Numbered from the stretch's first letter, positions 9,950-21,426 are shown. The stretch is 64,000 nt of DNA from an uncultured Gemmatimonadales bacterium (GCA_963821525.1 CAWGED010000005.1:928001-992000), one strand, 5' to 3'. The notes: generated by a model from the letters alone, not told the origin. Made by a program: numbers and translations.

Positions 9950-11117
9950 ATGCGTCGGGCCGCCCTCATTGTCCTGGACGGCGTCGGTATCGGGCCCGCC
10001 CCCGACACCGACCAGTACGGCGATACCGGCAGCGATACGCTCGGTAACGTCTCCCGCGCCGTCGGGTGGCCTTGCGCTTCCTCATCTCGAGGCGTTGGGG
10101 CTCGGCTGCTGTGCTCCGCTCGCCGGAGTGCGCGCGGTAGAGCAGCCCGCGGCGGCCTGGGGCATCGCCCAGCCGATCAGCGCCGGGAAGGACAGCACGA
10201 CCGGCCACTGGGAGCTCTGCGGTGTGGTGGTCGATAAGCCATTCCCCACCTACCCGAACGGTTTCCCTCAGACCTTCCTCGACGAGTTCTCGGTGCGGAC
10301 CGGCCGCTCCGTGCTGGGCAATCGAGCCGCCTCCGGGACCGCCATCATCGACGAGCTCGGCGCCGAACACATGCGCACCGGCGCCTGGATCCTCTACACC
10401 TCGGCCGACAGTGTTTGCCAGATCGCAGCTCATGAGGCCGTGGTTCCGCTTCATGAGCTCTATCAGGCTTGCCGGGTCGCGCGCGAGCTGCTCACCGGCA
10501 CCGATGGGGTCGCCCGGGTCATTGCGCGCCCCTTCATCGGCTCGCCGGGTGCCTGGCAGCGCACGGCGCACCGGAAAGACCTGAGCCTCCCGCCGCCGGG
10601 TCCCACGCTGCTCGATCATCTGGCCGATGTCTACGTACCACGTATCGGCATCGGAAAGGTGGACGATCTCTTCGCCGGACGCGCAATCACCAGCATTCAC
10701 ATGGCGAAGAACGGCGAAGCGTATCAGGGAATCATTTCGGCGCTGCGCACCATGTCGCGCGGGTTGTTGTTCGCCAACGTGGTCGAATTCGATCAGACCT
10801 GGGGCCACCGCAACGACCTCGCGGGATACGTGGCCGGGCTGCGGGAACTCGACGCCGCGATCCCCCATTTGCTGGCGCCTGTACGGGAGGACGACCTCGT
10901 TATCTTTACCGCCGATCATGGGAATGACCCGACGACCCCCTCGACGGATCATTCTCGCGAGGTGGTGCCGGTGCTGGTGTACGGCCCGCGAATACGCCGG
11001 CGTCCCCTTGGAGTACGCTCGACGTTCGCGGACATCGGGCAGACGGTCGCAGAATTTCTCGGCGCGGCGCCCCTGCCGGCCGGCCGATCGTTCCTGACGG
11101 AGATCTGGGATGGATGA
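9950..11117 (+). CDS. deoB: Phosphopentomutase (frameshift near 10068)
   Basis: [12 protein letters not shown]...[46 protein letters not shown]. Confidence 0.95.
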
Positions 11118-11502
11118 CGTCCTCCTGCGAGCTGCTCGCGAGGCGCAGGCACGTGCGTATTGCCCTTACTCTCGGTTCGCGGTGGGCGCGGCGCTCGAGG
11201 CCGAGGACGGACGAATCTTCGTCGGATGCAACGTGGAGAATGCGTCGTACGGCTTGACCCAGTGCGCCGAGCGCGCTGCGGTCACTGCGGCAGTTTCCGC
11301 AGGAGCGAGACGCTTTCGTCGTTTGGTGCTGGTAACCGAAGCGGAACCTCCGGCGCCGCCTTGCGGGGCGTGCCGGCAGGTGCTGGTCGAGTTCGGTAGA
11401 GACTTGAAGATCGAGAGCGTGGGGACCGCCAGCCGGCAGGAATGGCTGCTGGCAGCGTTGCTGCCGGAGCCATTCGACGGCGGCTCCCTGGGTACCGGCT
11501 GA
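11110..11502 (+). CDS. cdd: Cytidine deaminase
   Basis: [34 protein letters not shown]. Confidence 0.96.
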   Translation: MDDVLLRAAREAQARAYCPYSRFAVGAALEAEDGRIFVGCNVENASYGLTQCAERAAVTAAVSAGARRFRRLVLVTEAEPPAPPCGACRQVLVEFGRDLKIESVGTASRQEWLLAALLPEPFDGGSLGTG

Positions 11503-11522
11503 ACCTTGTTCAAAAAGACTGA

Positions 11523-12722
11523 ATGGGACTGAAGAAACTCCTTCTGGGCTGGGTCATTGTGGCGCTGGTCGTGGCTGCCTGTCAGGAACAGCTGACGGCA
11601 CCAGCCGACTGTCCCGCTCTGTGTCCCGGTGGCTACATCATTCGGGATACGGTGCTCGACCCGATCCCCGATGCCGACAGCAGTTTCGAGGGATACGTGC
11701 TTCCGGGGCAGGGCACCACCATTCGCGTCTCGAATGGGCTGCCCGCGAGCGAAGACCGTGGTGTGATCCGGTTCAACACCCGCCCGGACTCCTTGTTCCT
11801 CCGCGACACGCTGCGAACCTACACCATCGACTCGGCGACGATCGAGTTCACCATCACCCGCCGCGACACGGCCGTCGGCGGACTGAAGATGTATCTCTAC
11901 CGCCTGCCGGCGACGACCGATACCTCGGCCACCTTTGCCCAGGTGGCGGCGGACCTGACTCCGGCCAACCTGCTGGACAGCGTCCTGGTGGACGATACCT
12001 CGGACACGCCGCTGGTGAAGGTGGTGTTCAAGGACACCACGACTTACAAGGTGGATATTCCCGCGGCGGACAGCGGAGTTCTCGCCATAGGACTGGCGAT
12101 GGCGGCTGCCTCGCCGACGGGAGTGCGGGTCGGCACCATCCTCACCGGTTCCGCCGCGCCGGTTTTCACCAGCTTTGTCAACGTGGACATCGCGGATACC
12201 ACACTGCAGAAGCGAACGATTCTGCTCAACCCGAAGTTCAGTGACTTCGTCTCCCAGAACCCGCCGACTCTCGATCCCGACCTGCTCACCACCGGGGGCG
12301 CGCCGAGCGCCCGGTCGCTGCTCCGGTTCGATTGGCCGGATTTCATTCGTGATTCGGGTCAGCTGGTCCGGGTCACTCTGGAGCTGATACCCACGGCGCC
12401 GATGAATGGCCTGCCCAACGATCCCGCGTTCCTCGAGGCGCGGATCGTCCTGTCCGACTTGGGATCGAAGAGCTCGCTCTCCCAGAGCACTTTTGCGGAA
12501 TTCGAGTTGCCGGAGGCGTCGTCCGACACGGTGAACTTCGAAATCGTCTCGCTGCTGAGCGCGTGGCAGACGATCCCCACCATCCCTCATGCCCTGTCGC
12601 TTTCCCTCACACCCGAAGGGAGCAGCTTTACCCGGGCGACCTTCGGTTCGACTCGATCGCCGGGTATGAAACCGCGCCTCAAGGTGACCTACGCCGTGCC
12701 CTTCCGCTTCGCGAGGCCCTGA
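11523..12722 (+). CDS. Hypothetical lipoprotein
   Basis: Lipobox VVAAC, CPALCP motif, beta-rich sequence, GC-rich third codon positions. Confidence 0.75.
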   Translation: MGLKKLLLGWVIVALVVAACQEQLTAPADCPALCPGGYIIRDTVLDPIPDADSSFEGYVLPGQGTTIRVSNGLPASEDRGVIRFNTRPDSLFLRDTLRTYTIDSATIEFTITRRDTAVGGLKMYLYRLPATTDTSATFAQVAADLTPANLLDSVLVDDTSDTPLVKVVFKDTTTYKVDIPAADSGVLAIGLAMAAASPTGVRVGTILTGSAAPVFTSFVNVDIADTTLQKRTILLNPKFSDFVSQNPPTLDPDLLTTGGAPSARSLLRFDWPDFIRDSGQLVRVTLELIPTAPMNGLPNDPAFLEARIVLSDLGSKSSLSQSTFAEFELPEASSDTVNFEIVSLLSAWQTIPTIPHALSLSLTPEGSSFTRATFGSTRSPGMKPRLKVTYAVPFRFARP

Positions 12723-13904
12723 GTGCGCATCCACCTGTGGCGGGCCGCATCTCTCCTGACGCTCGTGGTGCTGGGCGGAGCCATCGAGCTCCAGGCCCAG
12801 TCCTCGATGTTTGGAACGCGCGCGGTGGGCTTCCCCAGTCGCTGGCTCAGTGCGCGAGCGCGCGGCACGGCGGGCGCCTTCGGCGTCTTTGATCCTTTGT
12901 CGGGAATCAATCCCGGGGCGCTGAGCCAGGCTACTCGGGTTGCGGTCAATTTCGTGGCGACGCCCGCGAGCCGACATTGGGAGACCCCGGCCGGCGAAGC
13001 CACGCTGAAGGAAACCCGCTTCCCGATGGTGGGTCTGGTCGCGCCGATTCCCAAGCTCCCGCTCTGGCTGGGGATCAATTTCGGAAGCTACGCCGACCGG
13101 GATTTCCGTCTCTTCACCAGCGACACCATCCAGGTCCAGGGGCCGCCCGTAGGCCCGATCGATAGCGCGGTGGTGTTCGACACCCTCCAGTCGCTGGGCG
13201 GCATGAATGAAATCCGTCTCGCGCTGGCCTATGACAAGCTGCGAGGAACCTCCCTCGGTGGTGCCTTCTATCTCCTGACCGGTTCCAGCCGAATCGACGC
13301 ACGACGGAGTTTCGACGACTCGGCCTTCGCACATATCCGGCAAACCGCGGAACTGTCGTTCTCCGGCGTTGGCTTTGCCCTGGGAATCGTCCAGGACGTG
13401 ACCAAGAACTTCCGGATCGCGGCGTCGGTCCGCTCCGACGGAAGCGCCGCCGTCAAGCAGGACTCGAACGAGACCGCATCGGGCCACATCGATCTGCCCT
13501 ATACCTTCGCCGGCGGCATGGAGTTCACCGTCAACAAGAAGCTGACGGCGGCGGCTCAGGGGGTCTACCGGACCTGGTCGGGCGCAAACAGCGATCTCAT
13601 CAAGCAGGGCGGCATAGGCTCGGTCAACAGCCTGGATCTTTCGTTGGGTGCCGAATACCTCACCAATCTGAAGCGCCCGGCCCAGTTTCCCATTCGGGTC
13701 GGGGCCCGCTATGCGAAGTTGCCATTCCCGCTCAATACAGACGGCCGCCCTGAAGAGTTCAGCCTGACCGGTGGAACCGGATTGCGCTTCGCGAATGACC
13801 GAGCGGGCGTGGACTTCAGCCTGGAGCGGGCATGGCGGAAGCAGAGCGGGGGATACAAGGAACAGGCGCTGCTGCTGTCGGTCGGCGTCACCGTCCAGCC
13901 GTGA
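12723..13904 (+). CDS. Outer-membrane beta-barrel protein (FadL/PorV-like)
   Basis: Signal peptide, ARARGTAGA...INPGAL N-terminal motif, alternating beta strands to the C-terminus. Confidence 0.65.
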   Translation: MRIHLWRAASLLTLVVLGGAIELQAQSSMFGTRAVGFPSRWLSARARGTAGAFGVFDPLSGINPGALSQATRVAVNFVATPASRHWETPAGEATLKETRFPMVGLVAPIPKLPLWLGINFGSYADRDFRLFTSDTIQVQGPPVGPIDSAVVFDTLQSLGGMNEIRLALAYDKLRGTSLGGAFYLLTGSSRIDARRSFDDSAFAHIRQTAELSFSGVGFALGIVQDVTKNFRIAASVRSDGSAAVKQDSNETASGHIDLPYTFAGGMEFTVNKKLTAAAQGVYRTWSGANSDLIKQGGIGSVNSLDLSLGAEYLTNLKRPAQFPIRVGARYAKLPFPLNTDGRPEEFSLTGGTGLRFANDRAGVDFSLERAWRKQSGGYKEQALLLSVGVTVQP

Positions 13905-13948
13905 CGGGCTCTTCCGCCTTTCCCTCCCATGCCGCCATCTTTCCCCCG

Positions 13949-15259
13949 ATGAAGAGCGTCTACATCGAAACCTACGGCTGCCAGATGAACGTGGCGGACA
14001 CCGAGATCATGCTCAGTGTCCTTCAGCGTGAGGGTTTCGCTCAGACCGAGACTCCGGACGGTGCCGACCTGCTCCTGGTGAACACGTGCGCGGTGCGCGA
14101 CAACGCCGAGCAGCGGGTCATCGGGCGGCTGGGAGAATTGCAGCGCTACAAGCCGGCTGGGGGCGTGCTTGGAGTGGTAGGCTGCATGGCGCAGCGCTTG
14201 GGGCCCCTGCTGCTGGAACGGGTCCCCAAGGTGGACATCGTCGCCGGGCCCGACGCCTATCGGAATCTTCCGGCGCTGGTAGCGGCCGCCTCCCTGGGCC
14301 AGCGCACCAGCGACACCCAGTTCCGCACCTGGGAGCACTACGAAGACGTTCCGCCGGCCCGGGAGACGGCCGCGAGCGCCTTCGTCACCGTTCAGCGCGG
14401 CTGCGATTACAAGTGCACCTTCTGCATCGTTCCGTACACCAGGGGACCGGAGCGGAGCCGTAAACTGGAGGATGTGGTCCGGGAAGTCGCCGGCCTGGCC
14501 GAACAGGGCACCAGCGAGGTGACACTCCTTGGGCAGACGGTCAACAGTTATTCCGACGGCACCCATGACTTCGCGGATCTGCTCCGCGCGGTCGGGGCGG
14601 TGGACGGTATCCGGCGGCTACGGTTCACCAGTCCGTATCCCACGGACTTCACCGATCGGGTCATCGAAGCGATGGCCACGGTGCCGGCGGTCTGCGAGCA
14701 CGTCCACCTGCCGGTGCAAAGCGGCTCCAACGCGGTGCTCCGTCGCATGCTGCGCCGCTACACCCGGGAGCGCTACCTCGAGGTGGTTGCCCAGCTTCGG
14801 ACGGCAATTCCCGGAATCACCTTCTCGACCGACATCATCGTCGGCTTCCCGGGGGAAACCGAGGAGCAATTCGAGGAGACGCTCTCGCTGGTCGCTGAGG
14901 CTGAGTTCGACGACGCCTACACCTTCAAATACTCGGTGCGGGAAGGAACCCCCGCGGTCCGGATACCGGGCCACATCGCGGACGAGGTGGCTGGCGACCG
15001 GCTCGAACGGCTCATTGCCGCGGTGCGCAATCAGGCGCGGCGCAAGAACATGGGACGGGTCGGGACGGTCCACGAAGTCCTGGTCGAGCGCCCGGCGCGA
15101 CGCGGCAGCCTGCTCCTCGCCAGGACCCGCACCAATCTCCTCGTCCTGGTGGACTTGCCCGCCGAGGCGATCGGGACATACCATCAGATTCAGCTCACCG
15201 GCACCACGGGTTCCACCTTCACCGGAGCGGTCGCGAGGCCGTCCCTGGCGGTGCTATGA
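13949..15259 (+). CDS. miaB: tRNA-2-methylthio-N6-isopentenyladenosine synthase
   Basis: YIETYGCQMN, NTCAVRDNAE, GCMAQ, CDYKCTFC radical-SAM motif, C-terminal TRAM domain. Confidence 0.96.
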   Translation: MKSVYIETYGCQMNVADTEIMLSVLQREGFAQTETPDGADLLLVNTCAVRDNAEQRVIGRLGELQRYKPAGGVLGVVGCMAQRLGPLLLERVPKVDIVAGPDAYRNLPALVAAASLGQRTSDTQFRTWEHYEDVPPARETAASAFVTVQRGCDYKCTFCIVPYTRGPERSRKLEDVVREVAGLAEQGTSEVTLLGQTVNSYSDGTHDFADLLRAVGAVDGIRRLRFTSPYPTDFTDRVIEAMATVPAVCEHVHLPVQSGSNAVLRRMLRRYTRERYLEVVAQLRTAIPGITFSTDIIVGFPGETEEQFEETLSLVAEAEFDDAYTFKYSVREGTPAVRIPGHIADEVAGDRLERLIAAVRNQARRKNMGRVGTVHEVLVERPARRGSLLLARTRTNLLVLVDLPAEAIGTYHQIQLTGTTGSTFTGAVARPSLAVL

Positions 15260-15540
15260 TCAAGAACCTGGTCGAAGACCACGCCCGCGAGCTTTTTGCG
15301 GAGATCCGGGACCGGTTTCCCGATTTCTGCGGCTGCGAGACCTGCACGCAAGACGTGCTGATCTACGCGCTGAACCGGTTGCCCCCGCGGTATGTCGGCG
15401 GGAGGGAAGGGACAGTGGTCACCGACGTGAACCTGGACAAGGATCAGAACCGCGCGTCGATCGAGGTCGCCCTCATGGAAGGGATCCGGAAGGTGACTCT
15501 GGCTCCCCGCTGCGAGAGGAGACGCACCAAGAAAGTGTGA
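15256..15540 (+). CDS. ComFB (late competence development) family protein
   Basis: N.VE...CGCETCTQD..IYALNRLPPRY...V..APRC matches the ComFB pattern. Confidence 0.85.
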   Translation: MIKNLVEDHARELFAEIRDRFPDFCGCETCTQDVLIYALNRLPPRYVGGREGTVVTDVNLDKDQNRASIEVALMEGIRKVTLAPRCERRRTKKV

Positions 15541-15553
15541 GGGAGCGGCCGCG

Positions 15554-17809
15554 GTGAGGCCGCGGCCAGTCATACTGCTGACGTTTGCCTACGGGGCCGG
15601 TCTCGCGACCGGCCTCGCGCGTTTTGTGGATCCTGGACGCTGATTCCGCTCCTCATCGTCGGGGTCATGGGGCGGAAGACACTGAGCGGGTTCGTGCTGT
15701 CTCGCCGCAATGCTCGGAGGTGCCGCGGGCGCGCTCGCCAAGTGGGAGGATGGGTTCGGCTGCGCGGCACGACTGCCGAGTGTCGGTGTGAGCCTGACGG
15801 TAGTTCTGGAAGAGCCGGTGTCCGAGAGCGGTGGCGTGGGCTTGGCCTCGCCGGTTGGGGCTGGTTGCCAGGGCGTTATCGCGGTGCGTTGGCCGGTCGG
15901 CTCCGCCGCCACCGCCGGATCCCGGGTTCGAGTCACCGGACGGTGGATCAAGGATCCCGAATCGGGGATACGGCCAGGAGGTTTGTTCCTGGTCCAGAGG
16001 AGCAGCACCATCCCCGGTCGCCCCTCATTACCCCAGCGGCTCAAGTCGTGGATCAGGCAGACCTCGTCCACGCTCTACGGCACTCGGGCTGGAATCGTGG
16101 ATGCACTGGTGCTCAATGCCCGGGGCGGCATGAGCCAGGAACTGCGCGACCAGTACACTCAGTCGGGACTGGTCCACATCCTGTCGATTTCCGGTTTTCA
16201 TGTCGGATTGATCGCCGCATGGGTGTTGCTGCTGCTGCGCGGGGTCGGAGTCGCCCGAATCCCGGCGATGCTGGGCGCCGCGGGCGTCAGTGTTCTCTAC
16301 GTCCTGTTCCTCGGCTGGCCACCTCCCGCTGCCCGGGCGGCGGCACTCGCTACCTTGCTTGCGCTTTGCCGCGCGAGACAACGGCAGCCACAGACCCAGG
16401 CTCTCCTCGCGGCGACTTGCCTCGGTGTGATGGTGATTGATCCCTGGTCCGTGCTGGATCTCAGCACCTGGCTCTCGGCCGGAGCCTTGTGGGGTGCGGT
16501 GACCTTCGGACGCTGGAGCGATCGTGCGCTGGGGAGCGGCTGGTGGTGGCGAATGCTGAGTTCCTCGCTTGGAGCGACTCTGGCCACGGCGCCGATTACC
16601 GCGGGCGCCTTCGGGACGGTTTCCCTGGCAGGGATCATCCTCAACTTCCTTGCGATTCCGCTCGCCGCACTCGCGGTACCGGGAATACTCGCCAGCCTCA
16701 TCATGGCTCCGCTGTCGGGTCACGTCGCGGCGGCGCTCGCGACCGGTTCGGGTCTCGCCCTGGAGGGACTGGATTTCCTGGCGAGGTGGGGGTCCCACTG
16801 GCCCGGTGCCTGTGTCTGGCTCCCGGCGGAATGGAAATCCAGCTTACCATGGCTGGCGGTTCTGGCGGTCGCACTCTGGGGAATGGCGGGCGGAACAACT
16901 GCGACTGAAGCGTTGCGGCGCTGGGCGCTGACCCTGGCGTGCGCCATCTGGGCTGGAAACCTCGCGGCACTCTACGACGCGCGCAGTGACAACGCCTCGG
17001 ATTTGACGTTACATTTTCTCGACGTAGGGCAGGGCGATGCGGCCGTCTTGCGCACGCCCGGCGGCCACTGGGTGGTGGTGGATGCGGGTCCCCGATCCGA
17101 TAAGTGGGATGCGGGCCGACGGGTCGTGGCCCCTTATCTTGCCCGACATCGTGCCGCGCGAATCGACGTGCTAGTGATTTCCCACGCCCACGCAGATCAT
17201 CTCGGTGGCGTGTCTGCACTGCTCGATCGCTACGACCCGGGTCTCATTCTCGAGCCGGGCGAGCCGGTGCGGGACCCGTTGTATCTCGAGTTCCTCGACC
17301 GGGTCGCGGCGCACGGCCTCGTCTGGCGTCCCGGGCGTCCGGGCGATCACTTCGAGGTGGACGGTGTGCGCTTCTCGGTGCTCCACCCCGATACCGGCTG
17401 GACGCACTGGCGGGAGGACCTGAACGAAGATTCCCTCGTCCTCCTGGTGGAGTATGGAGCGTTCCAGGCTCTTTTCGCGGGAGACGCAGGGGTCGTGGCG
17501 GAATCGCTCCTGATCCGTCGCGCAGGAGCGGTCGATCTCCTAAAGGTCGGGCATCACGGGTCGCGCACCGCGAGCAGCAATGCCTGGCTCGACCGGCTTC
17601 AGGCCAAGGCCGCGGTCCTGAGCGTCGGGAAAATCAACCGGTACGGCCACCCGAATCCGGAAACGCTCGAGCGGCTGAGCCGGCACGGCATGGCCATCTG
17701 GCGCACCGATCGTGACGGGACCGTGGACGTGGAAACCGATGGCCGCAGCATGATCGTGCGCGGCAGGGGTCGCACTGAGCGGTATGATGTGACTGACACA
17801 ACGCACTGA
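15554..17809 (+). CDS. comEC: DNA uptake competence protein ComEC/Rec2 (N-terminal frameshifts)
   Basis: [14 protein letters not shown] competence domain. [19 protein letters not shown] and KVGHHGS beta-lactamase-fold domain. Confidence 0.92.
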
Positions 17810-17837
17810 ACGGGCTCACCTCTATCCCTACGGTCTC

Positions 17838-18850
17838 GTGATCAGCAATAGCCGAGTTACCACGATCGAGCGGTTCATCATCGACCAGGAAAGCAAGTAC
17901 CCCGAGGCGACGGGCGAGCTGTCGAACCTGCTCTACGACATCGCGCTGGCGGCCAAGATCATCGCCGGGGCAATCCGGCGGGCCGGGCTGGTGAACATCC
18001 TGGGCAGTGCTGGGACCACCAACATCCAGGACGAGGAACAGCAGAAGCTCGACGTCTTTGCCAATGAGACGATGACCAACTCGCTCAATCACACCGGGCG
18101 AGTCTGCGTGATGGCGTCGGAAGAGGACGAACATATCATCCCGGTCCCGGACCAGTATCCGGCTGGGAAATACGCGGTCTTGTACGATCCCCTCGATGGC
18201 TCGTCGAATATCGATGTCAACGGTGCCGTCGGCACCATCTTCAGCATCTATCGCCGGGTGACCACCGAAGGGCGGGGATCCGAAGCGGATGTGCTCCAAC
18301 CGGGCTGCAAGCAGATCTCGGCGGGCTATGTGATCTACGGATCGAGCACCATGCTGGTGTACACCACCGGTCAGGGCGTTGCGGGGTTTACTCTCGATCC
18401 TTCCATCGGCGAGTTCCTGCTCTCCCACCCTCGCATCGTCATTCCGCGCGTGGGGAAGTACTACAGCGTCAACGAGAGCAACTTCGCCCGGTGGAACAAA
18501 GGGATTCAGACTGCAGTCCGCGGCTTTCACGGCGATCGCCCCAGGACATCAAGGGCAAGAACAGCCGGTACATCGGGTCACTGGTGGCGGACTTTCACCG
18601 GAACCTGATCGCCGGCGGAGTGTTCCTGTATCCGGCGGACACCAAGAACACTCGAGGGAAGCTGCGGCTGCTCTACGAGTGCTCGCCCATGGCGTTCATC
18701 GCCGAGCAGGCCGAAGGCTCGGCCACCGATGGGGTCAACCGGATCCTCGATATCGTCCCTACCGCTCTGCATCAACGCACGCCGCTGGTGATCGGGTCAC
18801 GGGAGGATGTGGGATACGTGGCGGATACGTTGAGGAAGGTGGGGGAGTGA
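17838..18850 (+). CDS. fbp: Class 1 fructose-1,6-bisphosphatase (frameshift near 18540)
   Basis: [46 protein letters not shown]. Confidence 0.96.
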
Positions 18851-18856
18851 GGGGCG

Positions 18857-18946
18857 GGTCGATGGTCGATGGTCGAACGGCTGATGACGAGTTATGGGCC
18901 GCAAGTGGACTTTTGACCATCGACTATTGACTATCGACGATTGACT
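18857..18946. repeat. Inverted heptamer tandem-repeat element (GGTCGAT)n ... (GACYATY)n
   Basis: ggtcgatggtcgatggtcga and gaccatcgactattgactatcgacgattgac flank a ~30-nt core. Confidence 0.8.
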
Positions 18947-18952
18947 CTCTCA

Positions 18953-20487
18953 ATGCCCTCACCTCGCAAGACCATCTACAATGCCGCCGACGCCCGCCGG
19001 CGACTCCACCGCGCCCGGCACCTTCCCGTTCACCCGCGGGATCTATCCCGGCATGTACACCGAGCGGCTCTGGACCATGCGCCAGTACGCCGGGTTCGGA
19101 ACCGCCGAGGAGACCAACGCTCGGTTTCGTCATCTGCTGGCGGCGGGGCAGAGCGGATTATCTACCGCGTTCGATCTGCCGACCCAGATGGGGTACGACT
19201 CCGATCATCCGATGGCGGAGGGAGAGGTGGGGCGGGTTGGTGTCGCCATCGACACGGTGGAGGACCTGGCGACGCTGTTCCGGGAGATTCCGCTGGACAA
19301 GGTCTCCACATCGATGACCATCAATGCCACCGCGGCGATCCTGCTCGCGATGTACGTAGTGGTGGGGGAAGAGCAGGGAGTAAGCCGAGAGAAGTTGCAG
19401 GGCACGGTGCAGAACGATGTGCTCAAGGAGTACATCGCGCGCGGTACCTACATCTTCCCTGCGGAACCGTCGCTCCGGCTCGCGGTGGATCTCTTCCGCT
19501 TCGTGGCGGACGAGAAGCTCAACTTCAATCCGATCTCGATCAGCGGCTATCACATGCGGGAGGCCGGGGCGACACCGGTGCAGGAGGTGGCGTTCACGCT
19601 GGCCAATGCCATCGAGTATGTGAAGCGCGCGGTCGCGGCGGGGATTCCAGTCAATCGCTTCGGGCCTCGGCTCTCGTTTTTCTTCGCGGCCCACAATGAC
19701 TTGTTCGAAGAGGCGGCCAAGTTCCGGGCCGCCCGGCGTCTCTGGGCCAGGCTGGCGCGGGAGCGTTTCGGGGCCGACGATCAGACCTGCAGGCTCCGGT
19801 TTCACACCCAGACCGGCGGAGTGACGCTCCAGGCCCAGCAGCCGTTGAACAACGTCGTGCGGGTCACGGTGCAGGCCTTGGCCGCGGCGATGGGGGGAAC
19901 TCAGTCGCTCCACACCAATGGCTATGACGAGGCGCTGGCGCTGCCGACCGCGGAGTCGGCGACGCTGGCGCTTCGGACCCAGCAGATCATCGGCTTCGAG
20001 AGTGGGATGAACCAGGTGGTAGATCCGCTCGGTGGGAGCTACTACGTCGAGGCGCTGACCAGCCGGATCGAGCAGGAAGCCGAGACGTTAATCAAGGAAG
20101 TAGACGCGCTGGGCGGTGCCGCCGCGGCGATTCAACGCGGCTTCTTCCAGGAGGCGATCGCGAAGAGCGCCTGGGAGCTGCAGCAGAAACAGGAATCGGG
20201 GGAGGTGACGGTGGTAGGGGTTAATCGCTTCACCGACGATTCGCCCATCCCTTCGATCGAACGGCCTGACTACTCGGCCCTGGCCGAACGCCAGAAGGCG
20301 CAACTCCGTGAGGTAAAGGCGAAGCGTGCCGCTCCCGCGGTCACCAAGGCTCTCGACGCCGTCGCCCAAGCCGCAGCGCGGCTCGGCGCCCCTGATGCCT
20401 CCCATCATCGAAGCCGTCCGCGCCCGCGCCACCCTGGGCGAGATCAGCGACACTTTGCGCGGCGTTTGGGGAGTCTACAAGGGGTAA
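18953..20487 (+). CDS. Methylmalonyl-CoA mutase, N-terminal substrate-binding subunit (B12-dependent; terminal frameshifts)
   Basis: [54 protein letters not shown]. No B12-binding DxHxxG domain in this ORF. Confidence 0.93.
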
Positions 20488-20528
20488 TGGATTGCTTGGC
20501 CATTTGTCGCTCTCTTGATCCCTAACAT

Positions 20529-21426
20529 CCAATTTGAACAGATGAAACGCAGAGGCGCAGAGGGCGCCGAGGCCTGCAGTAGTCGGCATGGGCTGAGTTC
20601 GAGCGAAAACCAATTCTAGTGTTCTCAGCGCCTCCGCGTTTGCAGTTCCATAGCGTCCCCAATTACCAAACATGAACAGCATGAAACGCAGAGGCGCAGA
20701 GAACGCGGAGGATGTGCACAATGCGATTTCAGAACAGGTAATTGGTGCCGCAATTCAGGTTCATCGTTTCCTAGGGCCAGGCTTGTTGGAATCGGCATAC
20801 GCCGCCTGCCTGGCGAGGGAATTTCACCTGCAAGGGATTCAGTTTGACCAAGAACGACCAATCCTGGTGGGTTATAAGGGAATCAAAATCGATAATGGAT
20901 ACCGGGTTGACTTCGTTGTCGAGCAACTCGTTATCCTCGAAATCAAGGCGGCCGACCGACTGCACCCGATTCACACAGCACAACTTCTTAGATATCTCCG
21001 CCTCACCGACAAGAAGCTGGGTTTGCTGATCAATTTCAACGTGCCTGTCCTTCGTGACGGCGTTCGCCGGGTGGTAAACAATTTGTAGTCTTGGGGCCTG
21101 AGTTGAGCGAAAACTACTTTAGTGTTCTCTGCGTCCTCCGCGTCTCTGCGTTTGCAGTTCTACAGCTCCCCGCATAACCAAACTTGAACAGCACGAAACG
21201 CAGCGTTTGCAGTTCTACAGCTCCCGAATGACCAAACGTGAACAGCATGAAACGCGGAGGCGCAGAGAGCGCCGAGGACGGCGGCAATCGGCATGGGCTG
21301 AGTTTGAGCGAAAACCATTTTAGTGTTCTCTGCGTCCTCCGCGCCTCTGCGTTTGCAGTTCTACAGCTCCCCGTATTACCAAACGTGAACAGCATGAAAC
21401 GCGGATGCGCAGAGAGCGCCGAGGAC
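20529..21426. repeat. Tandem array of ~140-nt hairpin cassettes, one unit carrying the GxxExxY gene
   Basis: Units start at 20529, 20666, 21178, 21232 and 21379 with CCAAAC(R)TGAACAGCATGAAACGC. Each complete unit has AAACGC(A/G)GAGGCGCAGAG ... CTCCGCG(C/T)CTCTGCGTTT inverted arms. Confidence 0.9.
20672..21088 (+). CDS. GxxExxY family protein (PD-(D/E)XK nuclease fold)
   Basis: GPGLLESAY, YRVDFVVE..VILEIKA, AQLLRYL, GLLINF. Visibly more AT-rich than its neighbours. Confidence 0.93.
   Translation: MNSMKRRGAENAEDVHNAISEQVIGAAIQVHRFLGPGLLESAYAACLAREFHLQGIQFDQERPILVGYKGIKIDNGYRVDFVVEQLVILEIKAADRLHPIHTAQLLRYLRLTDKKLGLLINFNVPVLRDGVRRVVNNL

Noticed and set aside
11166..13487. 773-aa minus-strand ORF and similar long antisense ORFs
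   Set aside because: These are shadow frames of real plus-strand genes in high-GC DNA and carry no recognisable motifs.
20529..21426. CRISPR array or integron attC array
   Set aside because: Units are 54-147 bp with conserved interiors rather than unique spacers. There are no cas genes, no integrase and no clear RYYYAAC...GTTRRRY ends.
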